The position numbers and the translations under genes are program-made. This document shows, in pieces, positions 26,684 through 40,517 of a DNA stretch of 64,000 nucleotides (its first letter is position 1; every line of letters begins with the position of its first letter). The notes beneath the pieces are model-generated. The model did not search any database and was not told the DNA's origin. It saw nothing but the letters and a program-made list of their open reading frames with translations. The DNA is taken from positions 17,112,001 to 17,176,000 of the forward strand of contig CP075492.1 of NCBI GenBank assembly GCA_021613535.1. Reading direction: 5' to 3'. The stretch is from Adineta vaga (taxonomy: Eukaryota > Animalia > Rotifera).

Positions 26684-29600
26684 ATGATTGCTCTAGTCGT
26701 TATACTCTTGGTTATTAATCATTCTGCAGGTAAAAACAAAAATTGATCAGCTTTTTTCTACTTAATCATATGATAGTCTTAATAAAAATATGCATTTACT
26801 ATTATACGAAAGAAGCTTTCAGCACTTAAAAGCACTCCTCCTCACAAATGATTTCCTAGTTTTTATTATTGCTTTGCGCTATAATTTTCAGGATTGAGTG
26901 ACCTTAGTGAGATATGTGTTTTTGGTAAAGGTTTCAACAACTAAATCTCATCAGCCGAATGTGGGTAAAGATATTGTCCCTATGCATCCTCATCCACATT
27001 TCTCGATTATGTCAAAAATGATTAGAAAATTGTCTTCTTCTGTATAGGTGTGTCTTACAATCAGCCCAAATTTAGTTCATGTGCATTTTGGGACTCAAAT
27101 GCAACTACATTTGCTGATGGCTACACAATTGGGCAACAATCATCTGGTATTTTTATCAACGTAAAAAACAATATTTATGTAACCGATGGAGAACATGGTC
27201 GTATTCTCATATGGGATAATGAAACATCGACTCCAACTAAAATTATTAGTGAAGATTTGATCAAACCATGGAGTCTCTTTGTCACGACACAAGATGATAT
27301 TCTTGTTGATAATGGTAATTTTAACAATCGAATCGACAAATGGACAGTGAATACAACGACTCATAAATTTGTGATGAATGTGAATGGTTCTTGTACAGGA
27401 TTATTTGTTAATATCAATAATAATCTTTATTGTTCGTTGGTAAATCATCATCGCGTTGTTAGATTTACACTCGACAACAATCTTGCTCTACCAATGATTG
27501 TCGCGGGTACTGGTTGTCCTGGCCCAATAGCTAACATGCTCGATCATCCACATGGCATCTTTGTCGACATTGGTTTCAACTTATACGTGGCAGATTCATA
27601 TAACAATCGAATTCAACAACTTTTGCCAAATCAAATGAATGCAATCACTGTAGTTGGCTTTGGAGCAGCCGTGTATTTCATACTTAATAGACCGACATGT
27701 ATTGTAGTCGGTGTTGATGGTGATCTTTTTATTGTAGATAGTCACAACCATCGAATCGTTCGATCGACAATACATGGAGTTCAGTGTTTAGTTGGATGCT
27801 CAGGTAAAAGTGGAGCCATGTCAAGTCAATTGCACAATCCACAAACAATGGCTTTTGACAGTAATGGTAATATATTTGTCACCGATTTGAACAATCACAG
27901 AATTCAAAAATTTATTCTCACTATTAACTCATGCGGTATGTCTGTTTCCTTTCGATTGGAAGATGAATATAGCGATTGTTTTTTTACGAAAGTATGGAAG
28001 TGTATTATTAAAAGTATCGATGGATATGTTAGTACAGATATTAAATGAGTGAAATTTCAACACTCACCTAATTTTCGAAAATAGATAACGATAGAAATAT
28101 TTAATTTGCCAATCATATCAAGATTATTACTTCAATCATGTGTTTAGCTGGGTAAAAGTTTTAGAAAAAAATAGAAAAAAAAAGAAATATGATTATTATC
28201 ATCAAACGTACATTAAAATTTTCACTTCAAGACGGAGTTAGATAGTTTTTAGTTACTTTTTTCAACTTATATCAAAAACATTTCCTGATCAAACTGAACT
28301 GAATTAGATGAAAGAAAAAGACGTACGAAATAATCTATTGATAAGTACAACAATTGAAAAAGAATAAAAGTTCAGTGGGTAAACACCAAAATAAAATGCA
28401 TAATTGTTCATTTGCTCTCCCCCTGATTACGTCACTGATCAGCAGTTGTTGTACGATTATATATATTCGATCAAAAAATTTATAATGTTTTAATGCATAG
28501 ACATTTTTTTCTATGCGCATTGAAATGCGTTAAAAAAGGCTTGTGTGATTATGAATTCGTCTATTGCGATCTCACTCGATACCTATTATACTTAACATAG
28601 AACTATATGTGATTGTCAAACAATATGCTAAATTAAAATATCAATAGAAACAAATCACACATTTATAAATACTCTTGTGATATTTTCTATATAATTCTAG
28701 AAACTACGACGACGACGAAAATGACTACTATCACTACGATAATTACTGCTACGACGACGAAAACGACTACTAGCACTACGACAATTACTGCTACGACGAC
28801 GAAAATGACTACAAAATTTACAACGACACCATGTGAGAAGCAATCTTTTTACATTTCTGAATTGCTTTCATTCATTATAGTTTTACATGCATAATAGTGT
28901 TATAAAATTTCTAGATTAATTGAGTATAGCCATTAAGAATAACGAATAACTAGTTTGCTTAAATCCACGAAAAATGATTCCAGATTTATGTGACAGAACT
29001 AAGCACTTATCACTTCATCTTCTATATTTTTGGGATTTCTAATATATAGAATAGTATTTGTTTGTGTATATAGCGTGTTATTTCGGTAAAGATTATGTTA
29101 ATCTCGTCGAAGGTGGACGACGTCAAATTAGTCAATTAAAAGTCGGAGATCGAGTCTGGACATTAAGTCATGATGGCGAACATCTAATCGAAGATGAAAT
29201 CATGTTCATAGGACATGCTGTACCTACTATTCCAAGTTTGTATAATTCTCTATTCTGATTAGTTTTCTAAATAAATTATTTTAATTAAGCTTATTTTTAT
29301 ACATTCACAACAATTGAAGGACATACAATTAGTTTAACAGATGCACATTATATAGTCGTTGCTACCGATGATGAAATAAACATGGAAATTGTTCATGCTT
29401 CAAAAGTAACACTTAACCATAAATTAATAATGGCTGGTCGTCGAATGAGTCTTGAAAAAATAGTCTTTTCTATACGTATTGGTTATTATTCTCCAATAAC
29501 ACTTAGTGGATATTTACTTGTAAATAATATCTCAACATCAGTTTATAGTGATATGTAATTATAAAACAAATTCATATTTTAATACTATACTGTTTTGTTT

Positions 29601-29881
29601 TCTTTAGTTTTCAGGCTTCACACGATTTCCTTCATAAAATAGTTGCTCCATGTAGAATTTATTATCGAATAGCGAGATGGTTATTCGGTAATGATTACAA
29701 TCCATTGGGAAATGGTATTGAAAATGATATTCATCCCATAGGAACATTTGTTATAAATAATTATAAAAAAATTGAATTATTTTTCGTCATAATTCCTTTT
29801 ATAATACCAATTACAATTATGATTTTAATTATTTATTTAACTGAATATTTTTTTCATATAAAATTATTTATTCTTATTTAA
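26684..29881 (+). CDS. Signal peptide + NHL propeller + Thr-rich stalk + Hint/Hog autoprocessing domain + C-terminal TM
   Basis: Exons 26684-26729, 27048-27935, 28701-28832, 29074-29235, 29290-29554, 29608-29881, all GT-AG and in frame. S|CYF, LKVGDRV, SLTDAHY, GYYSPITLSGYLLVNNISTSVYS, HDFLH..P, IHP. Confidence 0.88.
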
Positions 29882-31665
29882 AAAAGATACGTTGTCCCTT
29901 TCATTGGTAACATGGGCAGTTAAATTGTCCGACATGATATTTTTTTGTAACTTCTCTATTTGTCAATAAAAATATTTTGTTTCGATCACAGCACTATATT
30001 TTTATCTTTTTAGTTTTTCCACTTCAATACATTTGTAATTTTTATGCCGTTCTTGGTTAACATACAAAAGTAATTGAATACTACGATGAAGCATTAAAGT
30101 TGTATAAGGATTCTCTTTCTCACAAGTGCGAGGATGTGAGGGTGGACATTTTCTGATTAAAATCGATAGAGCTCGATTTGGGACCAGTGACGGGATCGGT
30201 TCGATTCGCAAAAGAAAATGATAAATATAATTTATATATTTTGTATGTCTATAACAATTGGTCAGAAGACAATCAGTCCGACGATAATTGTTCGTAGTCA
30301 AGTAATCATATAGAGAAAGTTGAATAAGAGAAAAAAAATTAATTAATAACAAATATAAGAACAAATATATTCTTTGTGTTTTCTAATTATGTAAGAGTTG
30401 AAAATGAGAAAATATGACAAGTTATGTAAACGTTTATTTCGATAAAAATCTTATGTTTGAAATGAATGATGATTAGTATTCAATCAGTGCTAGAACATGA
30501 ATATAATTTTCTGCTTTTTTTTACATCTGTTTCACAATAGTTGATTACTTCTATAAAAATGCGATTAAGTGCTATATAATCAATTTATTGTTTACGATCT
30601 CTCATATCGTTTTCTGTGCTGTTCCTTTATTCTAAGCCTAATTAAATTTTTAGATTCTCACATAATGTATCTCTTTACGTTAATCAAGCTATAGTAGTAT
30701 GACGATTCAAAAGATGTTTCTTAATTATTGATAAGCTTACGACAAACTAGTTGTCGTATTAATTGACCTATGAGTAATTTGTCAACTAGTATTTCAAGGC
30801 AATATACCTATGATTTACAAGAACACAAAGAATTTCATTTCTCTCTAGAATTCGCTTGTCGAATATATTCAAGTGCGGACGGACAGTCAACTTTTAAGAC
30901 TGCTGAAAAGATATTCTAATATCTTTGCGAGCTTGGTCAGTTTCTGTTGACAGCACTTTTAAAATAAAGTTTTTATAAATAATACATGGTTAGGGATTAT
31001 ATATTTAATATATATTTTTAACTAGTTAAAAAAGTACAGTAGAACCTCGCTTATCTGAACACCGCGCGGTTCCAACCAAAATGTTCACAATGACGAGATG
31101 ATCATAATGGATAGGATGATTGATAAAATAAATCTAAACACAATTTTTTACCAGTTCCTGTTCTATCTGAATATAACTTAATCATTTTATTCAATAAATT
31201 ATTATTATTTATCATGAAATACGGGCCCAGATAATGTGTATTCTTTTTGATATCTGAAGAATAAACCACTCGTAATTTTTCTCATTTATTTCTTGAGTAA
31301 GGTCGTTTGTTGATTTTCGTTTCATTCTTTTGCTCTTGTTACATTCATAATCGTCAAGATATTCATTTTTTCTTTTAAGAATATTCGACAAGTAACGCTC
31401 GTCGTGCCGACTCACTTAACCCTCGGCTGTGAAAGACATATATTCTTTTAATGTCCCAATAGCGAGACGAATTGACTTAGCAACTTTACATATGAGGAAA
31501 CGGTTGAAGTGCTTTTACTAAAGTATTTATTAACTTTCGAAAACAAAATACCCGATTTTTCTAATAAAATCAAAGAGGATAAAACGTATTTTTCATTGGG
31601 ATCTTACAACAATATCATGAGTACTAGGAGTTACGTGCAAAATTAAACAAAACAAATAAAGATCG

Positions 31666-33068
31666 TCAGAAGCATTGAGCAAAGCGTAGTTGTGTTTCTG
31701 TGTATAGTTTATCTAATCTTTCCGTCTCCGTAAGTTGCGATTTTGCTGGCTTCATCAATAAAGTTTTGTAATCGAAATGTCTTAAAATGATTAAGTCAGT
31801 CAGACGTTTCACACGTGACAATGGAACATAAATTGCGGCAATATCATCAGTTCTGCTTGGTAGTTTTAAATCAATGACAACATTACTCAAAGTTTGACCT
31901 TGACTTTTATGTGTCGTGATAGCAAATGTAGGCACAAGTGGTAATGCACGTCGCTTAATCGATAGAATTGTTTTCGAATGTGATTTTGGTTTCTTATCTT
32001 TTGGTAGCATATCAGCAATATTAATACGAAATGTTTGTTCCATTAATGGTATCGGGATGAGATTTGATTGAAGTTGTTCGAAATTGCATTCAATTTTTGA
32101 CCGAACGATTTCAATGATGGCGTACAATGGTTTACGGATGTATCGTGTATTGTTGGGGAATGTTTCTGAGATACTGTCTGTTGACACAGAATCTTCTTCA
32201 TACACAAGTTGTCGAAAGATCCCATTCATTCCATTGATAAGACCCAGTTCTATAGCAATATTTTGTGTTAAAATAACAGGCATTCCAGGAACTAATGGCA
32301 GAAGACCAGGTAAATGCTATGTTCTGCTATCAGATAATTCTAACAACTTTTTAACTAATTTTGGATCTTCGATTGATTTGCCTTTACAACTATCTTGAGC
32401 AGTGCACACCATAAGTGCTTGACCCACTTCTACTGCCTTATGAATTGGTGCCTTATTGTTTAGTCTTGTCCGTACTTCGTTTCGGAACACGAGAATGGGC
32501 GCCTAAAAAGACGAAGATATGTAAGTATTCGGAAGAAAAAGAATTCTTTACTTTATTCCAAGGTGGATCACATAGAGAATTTACTGACGGTTGTCCTACA
32601 ACTCGTGTTAACAGTGACCCATAATCGTCACGATTACATTGTCCATGACGAAGTCGATCGAGAAGTTGAAGATATCGAGAATCTTCCGTTCGCATTTGTT
32701 GAGTGAGTTTTACAACGCAGTTGATTTGGAGAATTAGAGAACGTGCAACGCGTTGTTGAATTTCCTTCTCATTGAGCGATTTGTCTGATTTTTTTTTCGA
32801 TGGTAAAGAGAAATCGGTATATAATGGTGCATCGTATATGGGTCGGTATTGCAAATAATCACCAAAGAAAATAACGTTTACACCACCGAACGGACTTTGA
32901 GCATCGACATGTTTTGCAGAGCACATTATTCGATTAAGTTTTGCTAATAAATGTAAACCAACCATACTCATTTCATCGATTAACAGATATTCGACTAGTC
33001 TCCACTCTTTTTCAAGTTTTGAATCACCTGCTTTGATGATTCGTGGTTGTCTCGAATCGCGTTGTTCA
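31666..33068 (-). mobile_element. Helitron/Helentron Rep-helicase fragment (PIF1-like C-terminus), 5'-truncated
   Basis: IDEMSMV, FGG..FGDYLQYRP, QQMR, NG.NG, AITTHKSQGQTL, YVPLSRV; one intron near 32504-32551. Confidence 0.85.
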
Positions 33069-33200
33069 CCTAAAAATGAACGTTTGCGACTGTTTAAAAA
33101 AAATGTTTTTTTGACCTTTGACCCTGACACAAACAGACAGACAGACAGGTAGACAAACTATTTTTTCATATGACCCTCCTTACAGTCGAGGGAATAGGTG
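33069..33200. mobile_element. DINE/Helentron-like terminus at the helicase breakpoint
   Basis: (ACAG)n microsatellite followed by a short hairpin ccctccttacagtcgaggg. Confidence 0.45.
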
Positions 33201-34919
33201 ATTTATTACGAACTAGTTCTTTACTTCGTCAAAATTTCGATTTTGATTTGAGTATTGATTACTATGTAATAATGTAATTCTAAACATGCTTTATGATTGA
33301 ATAGATGGAGCCCCATTCGAAATACGTATCGTGTGATGCTTTGAATTTCTGATCTCTCTTTTATAATTGAAATAAGCCATTTGAAAAATTTCTTAAGAAA
33401 AGACGAAACGCATCGTGATAGCTTGTTACTCACCCCACACCCTTACTCTCTCAGTCTGTATTCATCACACAAATATTTATCTTCTTCGATACATTTAAAC
33501 ACTTGATTCAAATGTCGATTCATACGACGATCTTTCGAAGACTATGTTTTGTTCTTGCAACCATTTGAAGAGAGAGTAATATTGATTCAGTTTTACAATT
33601 CAATAGGCAATTTAAAGCCAAAGTATAGTTTCATTGATGAATATTAAAGATTGACTCAGCCAATAATAGAGAACGAGGCCCAACACCGCGAAAAAAAAAC
33701 GTTTTGATGACAGGAACGGTAAAAATTGAGGAGGAGTTGTGCAATTCGAGTGATTCACGAGACTGACGTATAAGTAGTTGAAGAAATCATCTCTCTCACC
33801 ACATATATTTGACAGAAAGTTAAATAGAGAAAGGTAAGCATTACTTTCTGTTTTTCTTTTTTCGAATACAAGTTCGTGACGCTGACGACTTACGAAATAA
33901 TTCAAAGGACGTGATTTGGCTTATTAGAAGCTCGTTTTTACGTAAGATACTTTCAGTTAACTGTGGATCTGTAATGTCTAATAATGTTCCATTAGAGATT
34001 CTATCATCTAGTGATTGGATACTGAGTAGAATACTTGATAATTTCGATACTTATTACTAATTGACATAAGTAGTACTTTTTTAGTAAAAAATATAGTGAA
34101 ATCAGTAAACAATTTATTCTGGTTCATCTTTATATTATATTCTCAAAACTCGTTGATTTTTAATTTCGATCAGTTCCATCGATACCATTTTATAGTGTCT
34201 AGTTTGAAGATTTGTTTCATGAACAAAAACTGATAATTTTTATTAAAGATCGTTCTATACTAAACAATGTAACATATGTCTATGCTGCAATAAAACCAAT
34301 AATAAAATTAAAAAAATAACAAATGATTATAAATGATTCAGAAATTCCATACTAATCATCATCAAAATGGATTGAGTTACAAATGTCGCTTAACTATGAA
34401 TATTAAGTGTATTCTACCCGTATATATTTCCTGAGAAAATCATGTTAGAGTTCAATTGCGCGTCTAAAGCATAAAATTTTGCGCACTGTTATAAACCTCT
34501 CTCATTTTATAAGTAGCTAATTATATCTATAAATCCCATTCCTCACATACTTTAGTTTGGTATGAAATTCGCGAGCTGTGCTATTAAAGATTATAGTAGT
34601 GATCTTGAGGAATAATGTTATTACTAGTATTGTACATCCAAATACCAGTATAAATATATCAGATGTATAGTCAGGCCTTTTCATAGGGAAAATACCCAAA
34701 AGATACCATTTTACTTGCTGTACTTGTTTTCATTCAATGACAGTATGGGATCCTAGTGAGTAATTATAAAAATTTCCTAGTGGGTCAAACTACGTCTTTA
34801 TAAAAAGATGAATATCTAGAAGTTGCTCTCACTGCGAGAAGGAGACTGCAGAAGAAGCTTTTTTCATGTTATGTTACTATTGTTTTGTATTTAGAGACAA
34901 CTACATCAAATCCGATATA

Positions 34920-35610
34920 ATGGATCCAAAGTGGGCCTTTCTTATAATTTCTGTCGGTATTCTCGTATTAATTTCTGCAATGGCATATCCCATTTACATT
35001 TATATTCAAGCTAAAACAGTAACTAACAGCTATCATCTCAATCAATGCAGAGTTCTAGCGACATCTGTGGGTCCAGGAACTTGTACGAAAAGGAGTGGGA
35101 GATCGTGTAAGTGGTTTGACTTTTCAAACATATCTGCATTCATTTTTGTATCGGAATTTTTATTGCTAAATCGACTTAAAATATATAAACAAAATTATTT
35201 GTTTTCCTAGTTAAATCGTATCCTTGCTACGAAGAAGCTGCCACTGTCGAGTACAATATATCAGCAAGTGTTCAACAAGGGATTGTTTATAAACAAGCAT
35301 CGAAGCTCGAAAAATTAATACCGACGGACGTATGTTTCAAGAATAATTACGATCAATTGATGATCTGCAACATGTCTGTGAATTATATATATTTTTTGTC
35401 TAGATTGGCACAGTTTTATCCTGCTATTACAGTCCTTTAGTGAATGGATCATTGAAATGGGAAAAGCCGATACCGACATATGAACGTATTGATATGATTA
35501 TTGCCGTCGTTATCATAGGGCTAATTATCATTATGTTAATTGGATTTCTTATATTTATCGTCTGGACACAATATGAAGAGTATAAAGAATGTTCAACTCA
35601 AGAAATATGA
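34920..35610 (+). CDS. Two-TM protein with Cys-containing loop (BK-channel beta-subunit-like topology)
   Basis: Exons 34920-35106, 35211-35329, 35404-35610 in frame; TM, C.V, PCY, CYYSP, TM. Confidence 0.7.
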
Positions 35611-35623
35611 TAAATAAAAGAAA

Positions 35624-36959
35624 GAGATCACGTAGAACGTATTCTCGGCTTGTCCAAGCGTAACGGTGTGACATTTTGACACACGATTTTCTCAATATCT
35701 CAAAAACTATAAACGCTAGAGAGTTCGTTCAAAGGTCATTCGACATAGCTTGGCATACTCTACGTTCACTGTAAAAATAAATGATTTCCATCAATCGTTC
35801 GATTTTCCAGGAAGATTCTTAGGTCGCGTAACGGTGTGACACTTTTTTTCGAAAAGTCATTATTGTCTTTTTACTTGATCTTAATTTATTTTGACATGTA
35901 TCTGACCGCTAAAATAAACATTTCTATACCTCAGCTGTCGACAGATAATATAAGTCTTTATTAGTACCTTCGTTTTGTTCATCGATCTTCTGTGTCTTTT
36001 ATCTTGATAAAGAGTATATCTCACTTTTGACACATATTTAGAGGCTCTTAGCCACTAGAGTGTAAATGAAAGCACCTCCACTCCAGTGTTTCTCCAGCCC
36101 GGGACGAAGACTCGGCCTCTTTCGAGCTAGATGTTTTTTTTTGTTCTTTTTTTCTTGTTTTCTTTACCTAATCTTATTTACAAATTTCTTATTAATAGTA
36201 TTTTTTTCACTTTTCGCCTAATATCTAGAAATAAATTTAATAACTAAACAAAGTAGAACTAAAAATTTATCCAAATATATTTGATCAATAGGTTATAGTT
36301 TTGTTTTCAGAATGGATTGAGAAATATCGAAATTCTAATGTATTTTCGTCAACAACATTAACTGAAGGCATTTTTAATGTCTCTGGTACTGTTTTTGCCG
36401 TTTCAAAAATTTTTCAAGTTTCTTTTTCGAATTATCAATGTCGTTTCTGGTGATTTCAAATAAAATTATTTTCTTAGTTTTTTGCTTAGCAAGATTAATA
36501 AAATCCTGAGCAGACCGACATACTCCTCCTGCCAAAATTGCTGACCACACGAGTCGCTTTATAGTACCTCCAAATCCATCAACAACACCCTTACCATATG
36601 AAGTTGCAAAAAATGCCAACTTAAATGAATTTTCGTTCAGAAGCAATTTGTGACAGATTTCGAAAATGAAAACGTTGTTTGAACTGGGAGGCTACTCCAC
36701 CTGAAAAAACACTTATCTCTTTAACATTTGGAAGAACTGTTTTGATATGATTTAATATAATGTTTAAAGCAGAATCAACAACGAATTTGTCGTGTGTTAA
36801 ATCTGGAGATGGCGAAGCAAAAGAAAAATTTTCATTTGTTGACCATACAAAAGCAGTAAAAATACTCAACGCCTTTGTATTCCAGTGTGCTTTTTGAATT
36901 TCGTCTTGTTCTTTCATATTGAAATTCTCGGCAAAATCTACCTGCATCACTATTTTTTC
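35624..36959 (-). mobile_element. DDD/E transposon fragment (Sola-like), degenerate and truncated
   Basis: QVDFAENF..QDEIQKAHW, FS(G)G.ASQFK, FFATSYGKGVVDG.GGTIKR; repeated terminal motif cgtaacggtgtgaca at about 35659 and 35827. Confidence 0.7.
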
Positions 36960-37019
36960 ATCTTGAGGGTGTGGGTGTGGGCAACAGAAGATATGAGTAC
37001 CCACACCCACCCTCAAGAT
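36960..37019. repeat. TGAGGG/TGTGGG hairpin element
   Basis: atcttgagggtgtgggtgtggg-spacer-cccacacccaccctcaagat. Confidence 0.9.
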
Positions 37020-37814
37020 ATTTTTTCGACTAGTACAGTGATAATATTTTCATCATAGGCTATTTGATAAGTAATTATGCTATGCTCGTATCGTGGTCGA
37101 TAAAAAATAATAGCAATAATTTCAGCGACATATGGCGTATATTCCAAATGCAGAACAAACAAGATAGTAGGATACGGCATGAAAGCCAGATGTTCAAGAT
37201 AGTTTAGCAAAATAGGAATTGATTTTTATCTGCGTATCTGCATGATAGTTTGAACTATGAACATATTATAACGACTACCCAGCGTAGTATTCTACGGACA
37301 ATAAAGTTTACGCTTAACAGATAAGTATAAAATGCACATGAGAATATAGCTTTTTCATCTATGATGCAACCATAAATCGATATCATCAGCAAAACCATAT
37401 GTTAAGTTTGTTTTGGATGTAAGCGACCTTTTAAACACGAGCTCGAACAATAATTCTGTGGTGTTTCAACGAAGATAAAAACTGTTCTCTTTGTATTTTC
37501 CTTGTACATCTGCTGGACCTAAAAAATTCATATTCAATTTCAGTGATTTTCTTAAAAGCTTTCGATGTAATAAAGTTATATTTTGTTCGACTTTATAATT
37601 AGCATAATAATTATTCTCTATTTCGTGAAAAAATCCATATGATAGTAGTACACAATCGAATGAAAACGAAAATTTGTATTTTGAAATGTATTGAATACTC
37701 TTGCACAACACCATGATACTGATTCATACGTACAGAAGTTTAACAATATAATCTATCGCATGAACCCTTAACTGGTGTAACTCTGTTTATAACTGAACTA
37801 TTTTTCAGAAGCTT

Positions 37815-39089
37815 TTAAGTCATTAATACAGAAGAGTATTTTTTACCGGCTATAGTCGCTTGTCGAAGTTTTCCTTGTGTTACATTAACGAATGAATTTG
37901 GACTGAGACGAGCACCGATATAGAATTCACCATGGTTTTGATCAATCCAATAGCGAGCATTATTTAGACTAACTATTTGATAGATTGAAGAAATATCATC
38001 ATTTCCAGCACCGACGAAGTAACATCTATTGCTATGTTCATTAAATGAATAGCGCGCGGTAGTTACTTTGCCGAGACGAATATTCCAGTCGCTAGGTAGA
38101 TCACCATTATCGCAGTCACTATCTAATGCGGATTCTCCGCCTGAATTTTTTAATAAGCGTTTATCTCGTGCTATTGTTCCATTAGGTAGTATTGTACTGA
38201 CCAGCGATGTGGCACGTAATAATGATTCTTCATCAATATTCTTTGCACCTGTCAAATCGGCCTTAGTAAAGTCAATGCCTGACATTGATACAAAGTAAAA
38301 ATTAGCCTGTCGAAGAAATACTTGATAAAAACGCGTATATGCAATATCAGCTCGAGTGAAATCAGCTGTGTCAGCGTATACCTCAGAAAAATCAGCACCA
38401 TATAAATCTCTATTAACAAATGAGCTGTTTGTCAATGATGCACCTGCGAAACAAGCAAATCTCAGTCGAGCACGCCGATCAGTACTTGGTACATTAACAC
38501 TCATGTCGAGGCCATCTAAAAATGCTCCTTGCAGACTAATTGGTTCATTAACATTCTCGGTAAGCTCGACATGGTTTCGTAGTAACAGATGTGAATCATA
38601 GAAAAAAGAGAGCAAAAATGCTTTTCGATTGGCATCTAGTTGACGCAAAGTAATGAGAGTCTTCGGTCGTATAACGGAAATAAGTAGTTCATGATTGAGT
38701 GAAAAGTTATTAAGTACAAGTCGATCTGCAATATCATGGATGTAAGTCGACAGAACCAAATCCTTTTGAATATTATCGGCAATGACTAGTTGATGTTGAC
38801 GACGTTTTTCATCAATGTCTGCTTCTTGCTTTAAAGTGGCTTCAGCTTGAATTCGATCTTGCTCTCGTCGTTTATCTTCAATTGCAATATCTTTCTCTCG
38901 ATTAGCCATTGCTATGTTTTGCTGCTGAATGGAAAGTACCGTGGCGCTTACGGCCAATATAATGGGAATTAATACAGTGCTGAATATTTGTGCAGTTGTT
39001 TTCAAGTTCACTGCCGATCGACAACATTTCTAAGATTGTCTTTCATTACTGACACTGTTCTCATTTATATAATTTGTGGGTGATTCCAT
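37815..39089 (-). pseudogene. TM + coiled-coil + pentapeptide-repeat protein, early nonsense codon
   Basis: A(D/N)F/L pentapeptide repeats, R.KTL..LRQLD..RK motif. The upstream ATG at 39089 is in frame but followed by TAG at 39032-39030; further 3' exons are likely. Confidence 0.7.
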
Positions 39090-40013
39090 GAATGAAAGAA
39101 GCGGATTTTTTAAAAACTGAAAATAAAAAAAATTCCAAAAACCAAAATTATACAGAATGCCTGTCTTAAAATGTGCTATACTAATAAAAACTTAATAAAT
39201 TTGATCTTTTAGAAGCAAAATAGTTTCAATTTGAATTAGTCAGACGCTTAAACATCCAGACATTTTTAATAGTTACTGGTGAGACAACAATGTGGGAACG
39301 ACAAGATATTCAGTCTCGGAAACAGCTCGGAGTAATATTGATTTTCAGCAGTGCTCTCCGATCATATTTTCACGTGTTTAGAACATCAATCAATACTTAA
39401 TTCTTCGTGGTTTATTCCATAGGAACAATATAAATAACGCTCATCGCAAGTGACTCGTTTGGACCTTTACAGAATAATTAACCCTCGTACATCCAACTTG
39501 GATCACTTTCATACATGTAATAGTAAAAAGCTGTTAATGCACTACCTGTAGGATTAGAAGTGTGAAACACGACGAAACCTCGGATATCCTGGAACATACA
39601 TATAGTTTCTATGGTTTTACGTATACAGTGTGAGGATATATCAAGAATGTCGGTCACGTCTAAGAGGCAGGAGAGGGGGGAGAAGACGAGTGGGTATGGG
39701 CAGATTTGTGCCCTGATACACTTCAATACTCTCTTTCAGATCATGTTTCACAAAAGCTGAATTCATCTATTTAGTTGTGTGAGCTGTTCAAAAAGTTATT
39801 TCAAGTAATTAGAGAGAGAAAGGAAGGCATTGGCATGAATGAAGGAATAGGTGTATGACTAAATAACTGAATCGATGAACTCAACTTTCGAGTTTGATCT
39901 AATGGAATTAGATGTTTTTGAATAAACAATTTGGTGGATAAAAATTATCAAACATTACTAATTTATATTTTCATTCCTAATCTTATCAAGTATCGAGAGA
40001 GGCAGGTGGGTAC

Positions 40014-40517
40014 TGTTAGCGTCATTGGATATTACTTCATGACGCTACCTTCTACATAGTTGTTTTCTTTCATTTCTATACATATATATACACATATATA
40101 TGTATATCTTCTTTCTCTTTCTTTCCTGTCGTCTTTTGGTTTTCGTTGATTATCATGTCCGTTCTCATGATGATTTCTGTGATTGTATTTCTTCTTTGTT
40201 TCTTCTCTTTTCTATTTTTTCTCAGATCATCTCTGATCTATATTTATATTATTGTTTTTCTTTTTCTCTAGTCAGTCTTTTGTTATCATTTTCTTTAGTG
40301 TTTTATTTGATTTCATCCAATAAAACACCGTTATCATCTTTCCTCATCTCATCCACATCCATTTTCTTCATCTCCTCATCCATTCCAGTCATCTCCGGTA
40401 GGATTTTTGACGTGATTCTTGATTTCACATCAGATCATACGTTCATATAGTTGTTCAGCTTACGATATATTCGTTAGCTGGAGATTTATCTTCATCCCCT
40501 GATATAAGAGACTCACA
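40014..40517. mobile_element. LTR copy 1 (504 bp)
   Basis: TGTTAG...CTCACA termini; near-identical to 49977-50619; flanks GGTAC / ATAAG. Confidence 0.85.

Noticed and set aside
31036-31065. TA-CAGTAGAACCTCGC pogo/Tc1-like TIR (similar lone ends at 18546 and 20815)
   Set aside because: No convincing partner TIR or transposase; boundaries cannot be supported
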